A stretch of 64,000 bases of DNA from Glaucostegus cemiculus (GCA_976551045.1 CDPCPM010000793.1:1-64000); one strand, 5' to 3'. Numbered from the stretch's first letter, positions 1 to 13,944 are shown. The notes: a model not told the origin generated them from the sequence alone. Program-made: numbers and translations.

Positions 1-760
1 GACAACAGTCCCAGGCAGTGGAGGTGCTCAGGTCAAAGCCTTCCTATATATGGATCACGTTGCCTTCTACTCAGACCCACTGTCAGTCCAAAGTTGATAG
101 GTATCTGTGATCAGTTCAAACTGACCTCATGGACCAAAGCGAATCTGAGAGACCAAGTGAGACCATGTTGTTTGGCAGCCAATTCTTTCACCCTTCAACA
201 TCAGGGCTGCCACACACTTACCTTGAGGCAAATGCACTGTGGATGGGACCGTCATCCATCTCCTTTTGGAATGTACATTTGCTAACAAGGTCTGGATAGG
301 GACGCAGTGCTTCAGCCCCAACGGCTGCATTGCAGAGGACTCTGCACTCTGTGAGCTGCTCCCAGGGACACTTACTGAGCCAGACTTTAACTGATGTGGA
401 AGACTATCGGTTTGGAGAAAGGAAGTCTCTGAACTGCCCAAAATTGGTGGAGTCTTCCAATGCAAGGAGCTGTCCAAATGCTGGAGGCTGTCATATTCCG
501 TGGTCCAGAACCATGTGCTGGGGGATACACTGGAGCCTGGTATGGCTGCCTTGAGAGGAATGGGAAAAGACCACAGAGCAGGCCCTCCCACCATTACGCA
601 CTGAGTGGCTGGAAGCTGTGGGAAAGCCCCTTGGACTCAGCGCTCACAGAATGCACATCAAAGAACATTTAATGTCAGGCAGTTAGATGTAATGTAAATC
701 TTAGAAGTGGAGTGCTCTGTCTTGTACAATGAATTGCAACATGATAATGCACTACCTGGA
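1..760 (+). mobile_element. Degenerate L1-clade (Tx1-like) LINE, ORF2 C-terminus and 3'UTR
   Basis: 248-295 translates TVIHLLLECTFANKVW, the His/Cys half of the ORF2 CCHC knuckle. Frameshifted. Probable 3' end resumes at ~1285-1338 (TATGAATAAAGTATATTTTT). Confidence 0.6.
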
Positions 761-1285
761 TGCATCGCAGCTTGTCATGACAACTGCATGCCTGTGACCG
801 CAAGAAACTGCAGAGAGTTGTGGACACAGCTCAGCACATCACAGAAACCAGCCTCCTCTCTATGGACTCTGTCTATGCTTCTTGCTGTCTCAGTAAAGCA
901 GCCAACATAATCAAAAACCCTACCTACTCTGAACACTCTCTCTTCTCCCCCCTCCTATCAGGTGGAGGAAGCACAAATGCCTGGAAGCACATACCAGCAG
1001 ACTCAAAGACAGCTTTTATCCCACTGTTATAAGACTATTGAATGGTCTTAGTATAATAAGATAGAATCTTAACCTCACAACCTACCTTGTTATGGCCTTG
1101 CACCTAATTGTCTGCAAGCACTGCACTTTCTCTGTAACTGTAATATCTTATTTTGCATTCTGTTATTGTTTTCCCTTTACAACCTCAGTGCACTGTTGTA
1201 ACAAAATGATCTCTATGCATGGTATGCAAGACAAGTTTTTTACTGTACCTTGGTACAGGTGACAATACTAAACTAATTTACCAAT
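760..1285 (+). mobile_element. Rex1/Babar-like LINE 3' fragment
   Basis: Translates CLSKAANIIKNPTYSEHSLFSPLLSG...K.AFIP (Rex1-type ORF end), followed by tail ...TACTGTACCTTGGTACAGGTGACAATA. Confidence 0.7.
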
Positions 1286-3509
1286 GTATTATTTGAAGGT
1301 ATTATGAATAAAGTATATTTTTGGGGAAAGAAAGAAAGTGTACATGCTTAAAGTCTCTGGGGCGGGGCTGAACTCACAACCTAAAAGCTGAGGGGGACAT
1401 CAGTGAGCCAAAAGCAGTATCACAAGGGAACCTGGAACCAATATAAAATACTGGGGGAAATAGTCAATGAAATGGACTGTGAATTGCAGACTCTGAATGG
1501 CTTAAATTCTTGTACAACAATTCTGCTAATGAAACAAAGGGGAAATTGTTCAACTAAACAAGGTGATATTTCCCAGAAAATTAAGCTTTGAGTTCTTACT
1601 CAACCTCCAGACAGGCTTTAATCTGGAATTCCTTTAAGGGGAATGGGAGTAGGTTTGTGACCTCAGGATGGGACTGGACCTTTTACAAAAGGTGTAGCTG
1701 TGGAGTTAATTGAGGATTTTTTTTCACTAGACTTCGCTATGCTTTGGTGCATTGAATTTGCTCTCCCTGAAATAGCTAATTGTCTGGCCTCTATCCAAGA
1801 CCAGCAGTCACAATAAAAGGGTACCTCTAACATGCTGGTAACTTCACAATCATTGCTGCATCACATTATATTTCACACAGCACTCAATCTCTTTCCATAC
1901 TTCAAATGCCAATCCTGTTAAAATATTTATCTGGCTTTTAAAAATAATTAATTGACATGGTAACAAATACAACATCAGGGGACTGAATCACTGTGATTGA
2001 CATGCATACCTGGCCACTAGATCTTTCACCAAACACCTAGATTATACACACACCAATAGCACTTTTGGTTGCCATGCACTGACACAATGGGCTGAATGGC
2101 CTGATCTGATCCATGGGAACAGGATGAAAGTTGGCCCGTGTTAAAAGCATGTGATGAAAAGGACACATGAATGGTGAAAAGCCATTCAAGTTACTGGATC
2201 ACAATCTATACTATTAGCACAAATTTTAACAACCTCAAAAGAAATGCTTTGTAAAGTTCTCCCTGCATCTCTGAAAATGTAAATCAAATGCAACTTTAGT
2301 GCAGAGAAGTTCATGCCTGCCTTTGCGAGTCCTAACATTTCCATGAATCAAGAGCTCAAAGGCTCTCTCTGTTCATGGGCCACTTGACCATCTCCGTTCA
2401 ACCAACTTCTGTCTCAGTTTTCTTATTAACCATTATCATCAACCAAGTGGGAACTTGCCAGAGTAATGCTCCACTGTGGTAACCAGGTGGTAATGTTAGA
2501 ATGACACACAGCTCTCTTCCTTAACACTTTTTCATGAAGAGGCAAAAAAACAGTTAAAGGTGTGGCAGGCTGCTCGGATTGAGGTGAGGGGGCTGTGGGG
2601 TGAGAGGGAAGGCTTTCCATTTATGCTTGGCTTCTCCCCATTTGATGCATAAAACATTAACAAAACATAAGGGGACATTATACAGTGGCAAAGTGGAAAA
2701 TATCTCCCCTTAACACTAAAGCTGGGATTTAAACTATTCTTTTATTTCCATTTCATAAATAGATGGCAAGTTACTTCTAATTTTATAGTTTGCATTATAT
2801 CTTATAAATAATAATTAGTTTAAGAAAACTGAAGACAGAAGATATATTTAGGTTAATCATAACGTTTACCTGTTTGAGTTTAAACCAATGTACTAACAGC
2901 TCCATCTATTAGTTCTGCAGTCCAGGCACTGACCATTTCCCTCCCTAACATCTTCTTGAGTAGAACTTCTGACCTATTTGACTCAAAGCTGAGCAACTCG
3001 TCTTTTCCAGGAATCATAACATTGACTCCACCTACCTGGCACAGAAACCCAACCAATACCTTTATCTACACCCCCCACCCCAGTACCAACTATTCCACTG
3101 GCCATTGCCCTGTCATCTGCTGCCAAATGTATCATCAGCACATCCAAAACTCTGTTGTTGATCTAATTCACACTGATACACACTTTCTAATTCCTCTGGC
3201 TTTGTTGACCTATAGTGCATTTAGCCACCACAATGCCTTAAATGTTATATTCCCTAATTTACGTTTAAAACCTTTCAAGGTCTTATTCCTTCACATCTTC
3301 ATAACTTTGTATAAAGTGACAACTCTCTGCTCATCTAATTTCAGCCTTTTTGAACATCTTCTCACACCTATGCTCTATTTAGACCCCTCATTTATTTGCA
3401 AAACTCCTTTGATATTCTATGCCTTCCTCTCCCCATTTACAGCCTCACTAGAACCTATCTAAAAGTTCATGCACTACCTCAATGCCAAATGTATTTTTAC
3501 TCGAATGAG

Positions 3510-3760
3510 ACATACAGAAGAATTAAAGGGTTTGGAAGAAAAGATTTTCTACCCAGAGGGTGGCTGGAATTTGGAAAGCATTGCCGAAGTTGGTGGAGAC
3601 AAGTATTTTCACAACATTTAAGAAGTATCTGGAGAAGCATGTGAATCACAAAGGCATTGAAGGTAATGGACCAAGTGCCTGTAACTGGGATTAGTATAGA
3701 AGGGTGCACAATGGTTGATATGAACATGATGGACTGAAGGGCCTGTTATTATGAAATCCT
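3510..3760 (+). mobile_element. CR1-like LINE 3' end fragment
   Basis: FLPRG..WKALP-type ORF end and tail GGACTGAAGGGCCTGTT typical of chondrichthyan CR1/HER1. Confidence 0.65.
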
Positions 3761-3769
3761 TCTATTATG

Positions 3770-4392
3770 AAAACTTTTTATAGAGGGACCATTTGAGAGT
3801 ATCCTGACACACTGCATCACCATCTGGTATGGGAGCTGCTCAGCTGCTGGGCGGAAGTCCCTGCAGAGGATAGTGAGAACAGCAGAGAAAATCATAGGTG
3901 ACTCTCTACCCTCTATTGAAGATATATATATATATGGACCATTGTGTCAGATAGGCCACAAACATAATGTCAGACCCTTCTCACCCCTCCTACCACCTCT
4001 TTACACTCTTGCCATCCGGAAGAAGGCTCCAGTGCATTCGGGCAAGGACTAACAGACTGTGCAATAGCTTTTTCCCACAAGCTATCAGAACCATGAACTC
4101 CCTCATCCCTCCACCCCTCCCGCCAACACCAATGGATGCTAGGTGTACAAAAATGCACCAGCACTTTAAATGTCTGATGACTGCTGCCTCAGTATGCTCA
4201 CTTTAAGATTGTTTATTCGAGTCGCTATTTAATTTTGTGGTTCCAATGTTGTTAATGCCTTTCTGTCTTTGTGTCTCTCATTGTTTTTTTTAATGTGACG
4301 AGCACCTTGATCTGAGGAGTACGGTATTTCGCTCCTATTGATGATGAATGTGTATATGGAAGTGACAATAAAACTGATTCTGATTCTGTTTC
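3770..4392 (+). mobile_element. Rex1/Babar-like LINE 3' fragment
   Basis: ESILTHCITIWYGSCS...LQRIVRTAEKIIG and MSDPSHPSYHLFTLLPSGRRLQCIRARTNRLCNSFFPQAIRTMN. Tail GTGACAATAAAA(CTGATT)n. Confidence 0.8.
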
Positions 4393-4473
4393 TGTGCTGT
4401 ATGTCTCTAATATGATGCTTTGCATATAATGATGCAATGATGCAATGAACTGATACTTATCATTATTGAGGCA

Positions 4474-4830
4474 CAATAGAGGGATACAGTATGGAAACAA
4501 GTCCTTCGGCACATCGAGTCCATGCCAAATGTAAGCCACCTATTTGCACTTTTCCTATATTAATCCCATTCTTTCATTGTCCCCACATTCTTGTCAGCTC
4601 CCGCCACATTCTACAACTCATCTACATACAAGTGGCAAATTACAGTGGCCAATTAACCGACCAACCCACATGTCTTTGGGATGTGGGAGGAAACAGGAGT
4701 ACCCAGAGGAAACCCACTCAGTCACGGGGAGAACATGCAAACTCCACGCAGACAGCACCCAAGTTCAGGACTGAACCCAGGTCTCTGGTGCTATGAGTCA
4801 GTGACTCTAGTAGCTGCACCACTGTGCTAT
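4474..4830 (-). mobile_element. tRNA-derived V-SINE (HE1-like) with CR1-type tail
   Basis: V-domain GGAGGAAAC..GAGTACCC.GAGGAAACCCAC.CAGTCACGGGGAGAACATGCAAACTCCAC, with tRNA-like head at the right end. Confidence 0.8.
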
Positions 4831-6489
4831 AGCCATGTGTTATACATTTCAAGTTTAATTGGAAATTACAGACTCAATGTGCACTTTTATTTACCAGTAT
4901 GTACTGATCAACCTGAGGAGACTGCTGGTAATTTTCATGATTAATTGGTTGGAATGGAGCCATACCTGTACGGAGCCACAACATCATTTGTAGCAATTCC
5001 CCATTCAAGGACAGTCTGTACCATGGTTCACCAATGGATCTTGTGGTGAGTCAGTAATCCATTCCTGACCCACAGATTCATCAGCATGGAGATGATTCCA
5101 TGCAAGAGAGTTGCATACTAGCCCTTCTGAATTATTTAGCCAGGCAATGTTGAGTTATCAGATGCTGCTATGCTCTCTTAGTACTTCCCTTCAAAGCAGC
5201 AGGCTTCAGCTTTGAGATCAGTTGGTTGCCAGTTCACAATATTTTCTTCAGATATGTCTTTGTAGCAATTTTTTTTGAACACCACAGGATTTCTGGCATG
5301 CCTGGTATGAGCCACACATTTTGCGATATACATCTAATATTGGGAGCAGCAGAACACAGCTTGGAGTGGGAATCGACTGCGTTGTGTACCACCTACTTAC
5401 TTACACCCTGGAGCCAGGAGAGAGCCTTATGCCTACAGGCTTTCATTGTGATATCCAAGGTAACTTTGAACTGCTGCTAAGTATAAAAGTCTTACAAGCC
5501 ATGTTTAGCTTTTATTCTTTAGCTTAATTAAGATTAATCTATAACAACTGGAAGCAACTGGGAAACTTCACCCTCACTAACAAATCTGGTGGAAATACAC
5601 CTTTAATATTGGGTTGAATTTAGCATGGTGCAGAATGAATTGGAGCCATTAAAATGTGAAACTGGGAGAGATAATTATTGAAATGTTATGATGCTTAATT
5701 GAGTGCTACATAATGAATTGCACAAAGCACAATTGCATGAGTGAATCAGTTGTACAACATCTGAAAAACTAGTCCCTACTGTGGCAAGTTGTTATTAATA
5801 GCTATTAACCAAGACCATTATTTACATTACATTGTAACCACATCTCATCTTGTCAACTATTTAGATTTTATTTTTAAAAGTGGATATTGGAGACAAAGCC
5901 TAACAATAAACTATCTTCATATGTTAAATTTGTAATTGATTGGGAATCATGCTTGGAGCTCTGATGGAGTAATAATTGTGATCTATTCTGCCCAATGAAC
6001 CTACTAAGACTGCTTCTATTATCACCAACAAATTACCATCAAAGACTTCTTTCAACAAAAAGATTCGAGGTTGGATCATACGTGACCTGGCCCACACCTC
6101 ACATTCACTGCCTGTGTGACTCCCACACTGACACTCACCTTTCATTGCCCTGCAGATTGGAGGCTTTGCCACAGCAGCCACCCCAGGGAGTGGAGCAGCA
6201 TGGTTGGAGCAGCAGCTCGGCCTCAGGTGGCTGAAACCCAGGCCTAGTCCCAGATCCCCTAATGGTCTTTGAACAGCATAGGTTGTGAAAGGCCTTTACA
6301 CTTATCTCCAAGTGTCCCTGATATTGTGTGAGAGCCACCAGGCATGGACTGTGTAAAGCCATAGGGCAGACATGAAGCAAATCCAGCTCACTGACTGAGC
6401 CTGACTGAGTGCTGGTATCTGACCAGAACACATTTTGTATTGTTGTGCTGTAATGCATCCGTATGGAAGTCAGGAATGCACTGGTCATA

Positions 6490-6835
6490 GCAACACAACA
6501 AATGATGAGATTGGAGCAAGAGTAGGCATTCAGCCCCCAGCCCTGCTTCACCATGCAATAAGGTGGTTTATCTATTACCTCAGTACCATTTTCTGCATTC
6601 ATTCCTCAGTACCATTTTCTGCATTCATTCTCATAAATTCCAAAAATCCACAATCTTGATTAAAACTCAGCAACTGAGCTTCTACAGCCCCCTTAGATTC
6701 ACTATCCTCCGAGTGAAGAGATTTCCTTTTACCTCATTCTCAAAAGGCTAATCTCTTATTCTGAGACTCCACCCCCAGCCAGGGAAACCATCTCCCCTGT
6801 GTTGATACTGTGCATCTTTCAGTGAGCTCACCCGT
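6490..6835 (-). mobile_element. Degenerate CR1-like LINE 3' end
   Basis: GGAGCAAGAGTAGGCATTCAGCCC tail and CACTATCCTCCGAGTGAAGAGATTTC motif. Confidence 0.5.
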
Positions 6836-6844
6836 CTAGAGTCA

Positions 6845-7130
6845 GAGACACAGAGCACAGAATCAGGCCCTTCAACCCACAAAATCCACCGACCATTAAG
6901 CACCCATTTACACTGTTCCCATTTCAATCACTCCACATTCTCATCAGATTCTACCACTCAACTATACACTAGAGGATACTTGCAGAGGCCAATTAAGCGA
7001 CCAGCTGGAACATCTTTGGGTTACAGGAGAGAATTGGAGCATTGCATAGGCAGTCGCAGGGAGAACATGCAAACTCTTCGCAGACAACAGTAGATGTCAG
7101 GAAAGAAACCTGGTGAGGCAGCAGCTCTGT
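6845..7130 (-). mobile_element. V-SINE (HE1-like)
   Basis: Same architecture as 4474-4830 (GGGAGAACATGCAAACTC). Confidence 0.7.
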
Positions 7131-7139
7131 TACAATCAT

Positions 7140-7585
7140 GGAGTCAGAGCATGGACACAGGCTATTCAGACCACCCCATCCACGCCAACCGTACATTTCC
7201 ATCTGTATTAGTGTTGTCTTCCAGCACTAGGTTCATAGCCTTCAATGCCTAAGTGATCTCAGTGCTCATCTAGACACTTCCTAAATGCTGTCAGCAACTC
7301 TGCTTCCATCACTCTCTCTGGCAGTGCATTCCAGGTACTCAGCGCTCTCTGGGTGAAAAAAAGCCTCCCTCAGATAGCTCTTCCACCATGCTACTGTGCC
7401 ACCATTTTCTAAACCCAAGAGTGTTTAGGCCCAGTCTGTGTAGTACAATCTCCCTCATCACAGGCGTCAATCTGGTAAACCTTCACTGCACTTCCTCTAT
7501 CACAAGTATATCCTTCTTTGGTAGGGTTATAGACCTGCACACAGTGTTCCTGGTTCAGTCACATCAAGGCCCTTTGGAAGAGCAA
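7140..7585 (-). mobile_element. CR1-like LINE fragments
   Basis: GGCAGTGCATTCCAGGTACTC..CTCTGGGTGAAAAAA and CTGGTAAACCTTCACTGCAC motifs. Confidence 0.6.
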
Positions 7586-8574
7586 TAAATATTAGCTGAA
7601 GAGGAACATGTTCCAAAAGAAAAAATACACTATGCCATGCTAACCGTGTGAAGCAATGAACTCTTAGGCAGCAAAAAGGATGTAAAAGGACTAACTTTAA
7701 AGAATTTTTTAAAAATTGCAGTATAAAAACTGGGACATACACATGGGATTAAAGTAAAGCTGAAGGATAAGAAAACGAAACAAAATTATTCTTATTTTAA
7801 ACAAAAAAGCAATTTTGAAATAATTATTCTGAGGGAATTAAATTCCACTTTTTTTTCAGGACCAGTGAGATCATTCAACTTAATAGCTATTTTTGGTTAC
7901 ATCTCTTTCCATAAGGTTACATCTCTTTACAATAAGACATATTCATTTACAATCCTGTGCCTTCTATCCAAGTAATTTAGTCCTGATATATAAAGTAGTA
8001 AAGAAATATGTAACTGAAAGGATCACAGTCAGGGTGAGGGTTTAACGTTAATCACCTCAGTCTGTGGTTTAGTTTCATTAATTTATTAAATGTGTTTGTC
8101 TTGGCATCAGGAGAAGAAATGAAGACATTTCTTGGATCCTTCAATTCAATGGATTCATTAATGATCTAAGGATGAATTTAATTTATTTTTGTTAATGTTT
8201 GAATATCTTTGTTGCAGACAGGGGTTCAGTAAAACAATTGTACTGAGGGAAGGCACAATCAGAAACATTTATCCAACAGATAAAGGAGTCCCTGATACCT
8301 TCATGGTATTTGTTATATTTTTAATGCAGATATACAGAACACAACCACAACTAGTAACAACAAACACACAGTGGGTGTGATGTCAGAGAGAGAGGAATTA
8401 TCAGACCAGCAATGTCATGGTCCCACCCACTTCAGGACACTGCACATGTATAACATGCACGTTTATCATGCCCTTTCAAAAGCAGTCAACTTCAAATTTA
8501 GTGCACATCCCTTTGATGAAAGTTACATTACTTGGAATAAACACTGACAGTAACCAACTTTTCTGACTGAATGG

Positions 8575-10090
8575 AAATGACTGAAGCTGCTTTCTCAAAG
8601 CACTGCAGCCATTGTGGCAAAGCTGCTCCTATAGTGCTGTTGTGCAGGGACTTCTAGGATTTAGGTCAGTGATGACGATAGAACAATATATTTCCAAGTT
8701 AACATGATGTTCAGCTTGAGGGTTTGCAGCTGACAGGGTTCACATACAGCTGGTGCCCTTGTATTTCTAAGCAATGGAGATTACGGGTTTACGAGGTGTT
8801 GAAAAGAAGTCTTGATGTGCGCCTGTCATGCATTTTGTAGCAGATAAATACAGCATCCATGGTGTGCTGGTGACAGAGGGTACATCTGGTAAATATTTAG
8901 AGTGATGAAGAAGTGTAATTGTGAGCAGGCTGCTCTGTCCTGCATGGGGTCAAGATGACTGAATGGTAGAAATGCACTCATGAAGCAGGGGGAGAATATT
9001 GCATCACACCCCCACTCGTGCTGTGTGGATGGCAGAAAACTTTTGAGGCTGTGGTGGGATGAGGTACTGGGTGTGGGTATAAAGGTTCAGTCACTTGCTG
9101 CAGGACACCCAGCACAACTGTGTCCTGCTCTTGTTTAACACCCTGTTCCTTCAGTTACACCAGTGACCCAAGTTACAGCAGTTTGCATAACAGAAATTCA
9201 TCCTTACACAATTCACAACCAAAGACATCTGAGATACAGAATAAAGATTTGCCATCATGAAATTTATGTGAAAAAAATAAAATTTATTTTTGTTTCAACT
9301 TGTGTTTCTTGAAGCATGCATAGATAATGTCGCTTTGCATTGTGAAAAATAGTGATACAGATAGTTTTCTAGGAACTTCACCCACCACCCCAAAAACACA
9401 GGGTTCACCTGTATTTCTGTTGCTTTTTCAATGTTTATCACCACTAAGGTACATTGCACCTGATGGCTGGCACAGTTACATTTTTGGCCAATGGGAATTC
9501 TTCAGGATGTTGATGTTGGGGACCCAGCGCTGATAATGTCATTGAATGACAAGGGTAGGTGGTTAGAGTGTTTTTTTTGAAGATGGTCATGGTCTGGCAT
9601 TTATTTGGCTCAAGCATTACCTACTGTTTAGCTATCTATCCCTACAGGTCAACTAGGTCTTGCTGCACGCAGGCATGGACTGCTTTGTTATCTCAGTTGT
9701 GAATGGACTTGAATGTTGTGCAATAGTCTTTAGTGATGGTGCCCACATCAGACTTATGAAAAAAGGAAGGCCATTAATGAAGCAGCTAGAAGTGTTTAGC
9801 CCTACGAGATGCTCTTGAGGAACTGGGGCTGAGATCGTTGACCTCTAACAACCATAACCTTTGTGCTAAATATGACTCCAGCCAGTAGAGAGTTTTACCC
9901 CAATTTCCATTGACTTCAGCTTTACCAGGACTCCTTGATACCATACCTGATCGAATCCAGTCTGGATGTCAAAGGCTGTAAATCTCACCTCAGGAAAACA
10001 AGTCTTTTGTTCATGTTTCGATCAGGTATGTAATGAGATCTGAAGCTGGATCATTCTAGCAAAATACAAACTGAACATCGATAAGCAGGT
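8575..10090 (-). mobile_element. Highly decayed non-LTR retrotransposon relic (two blocks, ~8575-9130 and ~9480-10090); clade not assigned
   Basis: Minus strand at ~9950-9990 reads like the RT motif LDIQTGFDQVWYQG (degenerate D...AFD.V.H). CpG-depleted. Confidence 0.45.
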
Positions 10091-10094
10091 TAAC

Positions 10095-10605
10095 AGAACA
10101 ACACAGGAACAGACCCTTTGGCCCACCATGGCTGTTCTGACAATAATGTCAATCTAACTCATTCACCTGTATGCACATGGTCCCTGTCCCTCTATTCCTT
10201 GCCTGTCTGTGTGCCTGTCTAAGTACATCTTAAACATTGCTATTGTTTCTGCTTCTCCCACCTCCCTGACAGCACGTTGTAGGCACTACCATTCTGTGTA
10301 AAAAAATTTGCCTTGCACATCTCCTTTAAACTTTCCCCCCTCTCGCCTTAAACCTATAATATTTGGCATTTCCACCCAACGAAAAAGACTGACTACCTAC
10401 CCTATCTATGCCTCTCATAATTAAAAAAAATATGTTCTTCAACCAGGTTACCCCTCGGCCTCCAATGTTCCAAGGAAAACAATTGAAGTTTGTCCAACGT
10501 CTCCTTATAGCTAATACTCTCCAATCCAGGAAACATCCTGGTGAACCTCATTCTTGCCCTCTCCAAGGCCTCCGGATCCTTCCTGTAATGCAGCAACATG
10601 ATTAG
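10095..10605 (-). mobile_element. CR1-like LINE 3' fragment
   Basis: ORF 10402-10800 contains HYRKD.EALERA.MRFTRMFPGLESISYKETLDKLQLFSLE..R.RG.L. Confidence 0.85.
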
Positions 10606-11099
10606 TCGCCATGAGGAACTGTATTTTTTGTGCATTTTTCCATTGCTCTCAGGCATTGACTGTTGCCTTACATTCTGCTCAACTTTCATCTGAGAATTGC
10701 ATAACTTGATCCCTTGTATTTCCCAGTGCAATGCTTGTATGCATTGAAGATCAGAGATATAGATCCTGTTAATAATCCTGTGATGTGAAGAGTTATTCAT
10801 TTATGTTACTTCTGGGTAATTTTTGCAACAATCTGAAAAAAAAGGGGATATCTTTTATCCATCAACAATTAAGCATCCACTTTTTGGTTAGGCCTATAGT
10901 TTACTATGACTGAAAATGTGACTTTGCCTTTATGACTATTATTTTGTTCTCCTTGTTTGTCACTTGCAAATTCTTCAGCATTCCACTGTCAAGATCTGAA
11001 ATCACTTCAGTTTTCCCAATTTGTGATTTCTAAAATTTACTTTATATATCAGCCTTTATTTAGATTTCTACTGTAAAATTCATTCAATGTTGCTTCCAT

Positions 11100-11390
11100 C
11101 ATTTAAAAATGCAAGCAGCAAGGATCAGCCATGAGGTCCCTCAAGTCTGCTCCATTTGCAAAATGTCATAGCTGATCCTCTGACTCAAGTCAACTCTCCC
11201 CACTCCCCATACATGGAGTCTAGAAATCCATCAATTCTGGGACTGAACAGACTTAATAACTAGGCCTTTGCAGTCCTTGAGATTGAGAATTCCAAACATG
11301 CACAATCAATTGAATGAAGACATTTCTCGTCATCAGTCCTAAATGACCCTCTTCTTATCCCAAGACACCTAACCCCAATTCTAGGGAAAT
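11100..11390 (-). mobile_element. Decayed CR1-like 3' end
   Basis: GAGAATTCCAAA..TGAATGAAGACATTTCTCGTCATC motif shared with other CR1 relics here. Confidence 0.45.
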
Positions 11391-13944
11391 ACAAGGACAG
11401 ACTTACAAGGCAAAACACAAATTCACGATATGTGCTGGCGACAGTTCACTTGCAATAAAATTATACCAAACTCAAACTCAGTGTAAATGCAGTCAGATCA
11501 GAAACTTGTTTCCTCAGCTGCTGGGGTAGCTATTTACAAAGTACATCCATTCTCCCAAGCTTATTGTTGTTTCAATACAACCTTGACCACCTTGTTACTC
11601 ATGGTTATATATCAACATTTGTCAATAAAGCTACCAATAACCCATGAAAATGTAAACATCTGACTTACTTTCAAGAGAAGATTTTGCAAGTAATGGTTGC
11701 ACCAATGCTAACCACATGCACAAATAAATACTAAAGAAAATCATGTTATACCCTGATTATTTTAAAAAGATAAAGTTGAAAATAATTGCATACTGGAAAT
11801 TAGGGATAAAGATTAGAGGGTGGATGTGAATTTTGAACCTACCCCATTTTGATATAAAATTGCTGGAAGCACTCAGCAAATCAGGCAGCATCTGTGGAGA
11901 GAGAAACATAGTTAATATTTTAGGTCAAAGACCTTTCATTAGAATGGCAATATGAGAAAAAAAAAGGCATGTTTTATGAATCAGAGGAAGAGGTAGCTGA
12001 GGAGAACAACGTGAAAATCTATGATCAGTTAACACAAATGTCATACATAGTTATTCTAGCAAATTTTCACTAATTCAGAAGGGAACAAGCAATCTCTGCA
12101 ATGGTATGGATACAGGGGACCCCTATGGGGGTGGCAGGGTTGCTTTCCTCGAAAATCTGTAATCATGAGTTTGTAATGTGAAGCTGTATCATCCACACAA
12201 ACTTCAATAAACACAAATAAATTGTGTGTTTAAATTCTTTCTTTCTCCCCCACATAAACTTTGAGAGGGTGAACTTTATTACGTATCTCAAATTTTTGGG
12301 TTGCAATTGTAAATTCTTCCCTTACATGAACGCCCATAACACAGAGGTCGCCTGTAGCTTGCAAGAGACGAGACAGACGATGGTTCAGGTGTACGTTCTA
12401 TCATTTCAGGCATCTGGTTTGGTTTCTCATTGACAACATTTCTGAGATGCTATTTATCTACGCTCCTTTTCAGAACTTCCATAAATTAAAATGATAGGGG
12501 TTATATTTGCCTCTGATTTGCACTGTTTGGACTTTTTGTTTGATGACCCATTGGCAGTAAGATTATTATCTATAATTGACTTGGAAAGATCTTTTAACGT
12601 GCATTCATATACTCCTTGTTCAGTCTGTAATAATTAATGTTTAGTTTCGTAGAAGCTGAACACATCAGTATATTGTAATTATCTAGTTTTTTTTCTTGAA
12701 CTAATTTAACTCTCATGTTTTGTCCCTATTCCCACTGAAAGGACCTTCATATATGTCTCTTGCATTTTGAAAATTTTTTTATGAATTGTGGTTCAAATAA
12801 CAAGAGTTATTCAATAATTCAGGATATTATGTTTGTTTCATGTTTACCTGGAATTACACTTAATTATATTCTTCACAGGTCTCATACAAAAGGCAACAGT
12901 GCATTCATATCTGATGAATTTTCATTTGATACCACACTTCGGCCTACATCAGTTTTAAAATATTTTTTTCAGTTTGATAAGAGTATCAAAATGGCTCCAT
13001 TATGCACTTCATCTATTGAAAGTCACAAAGTAATGCAGCTTTAAGAACAAAATTTATTGTTTTCAAGACTTGGTTTAGTTTTGTAACCTATAATTACATT
13101 TTTAAATACAATTAAAGAACATCTTTATATGGTCAACCTGGTGATGCTTCATGTTACTTAAAGGAGTTATAGTTCTGAATTAACATCCCCCATTGCAGTA
13201 GGTACCTTTCTCATTACTGAGGTTTCTTTTGTACTACTCTTGCAGCTGAATACTTTGGAAAACATGCATATTGTTGGACTTTAAAATCTTTAAAGCACTG
13301 GTCACAGTGGTTCCTTCAATCACTGGTTTTACTGAATTGGCCTCAATACGGTATTCATACAGCACCTCGTGTAGCTGACAGATTCGGGGTCCTGTGTTGC
13401 TTTCCACAAAGTAGCAGTGAAGGTCAGAATGTATTGTTCACGCCTCCACACACTTGAACAACAGCTGCTTATTGTTAGAAGAAGAATGGGAGAACCAACT
13501 CTCTGATTAGGCCAGTGAGCAGCTGAGTCACAAATCCAAAGTTTGATTTTTAAACTCCACTGAATTAACACATCTCAGTTCAAACCACTTTTTAAGGATA
13601 GAGTAGTTTAGCTTCATTACCTCAGCTTGGGATGAAAACTGGGCCAGCTGCTGTAATTATGCATTCTCTTAACAGTAACCTGGTTGTCCATGCAACCTGA
13701 ATTCACAAATGCAAGTGGTTACTTGAATGAGATAGCGGAGGTATAATTGTCCCCCTTTGTAAATTAGGAGAGAAAAATAATCTCGCGGTTTCAATCTGAG
13801 AAGTTTCGAGAAGTGTGGCTTTGGGGCAAAATACAGACATCCCAAGTAATCAGAGTTTTTCTTCCAGAGACTGTGCCACAGCATTTACACTGAGAGTATT
13901 TCCAAGTCAGATTGTTGACTTCTTTCTCTTCATTCTTTATTCAT

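Noticed and set aside
127-594. 155-aa minus-strand ORF
   Set aside because: Antisense to a decayed Tx1/L1-like ORF2; no domain signature.
2956-3462. 168-aa + strand ORF
   Set aside because: Non-ATG start, no splice or domain support; likely decayed retroelement sequence.
4730-4830. tRNA-like A/B-box sequences (also ~20340-20413 and ~51270-51360)
   Set aside because: These are SINE heads, not tRNA genes; no complete cloverleaf.
6578-6629. 26-bp tandem duplication (similar short duplications at ~7895-7935, 19066-19118, 63107-63135)
   Set aside because: Two-copy slippage duplications with no spacers or array structure; not CRISPR-like.
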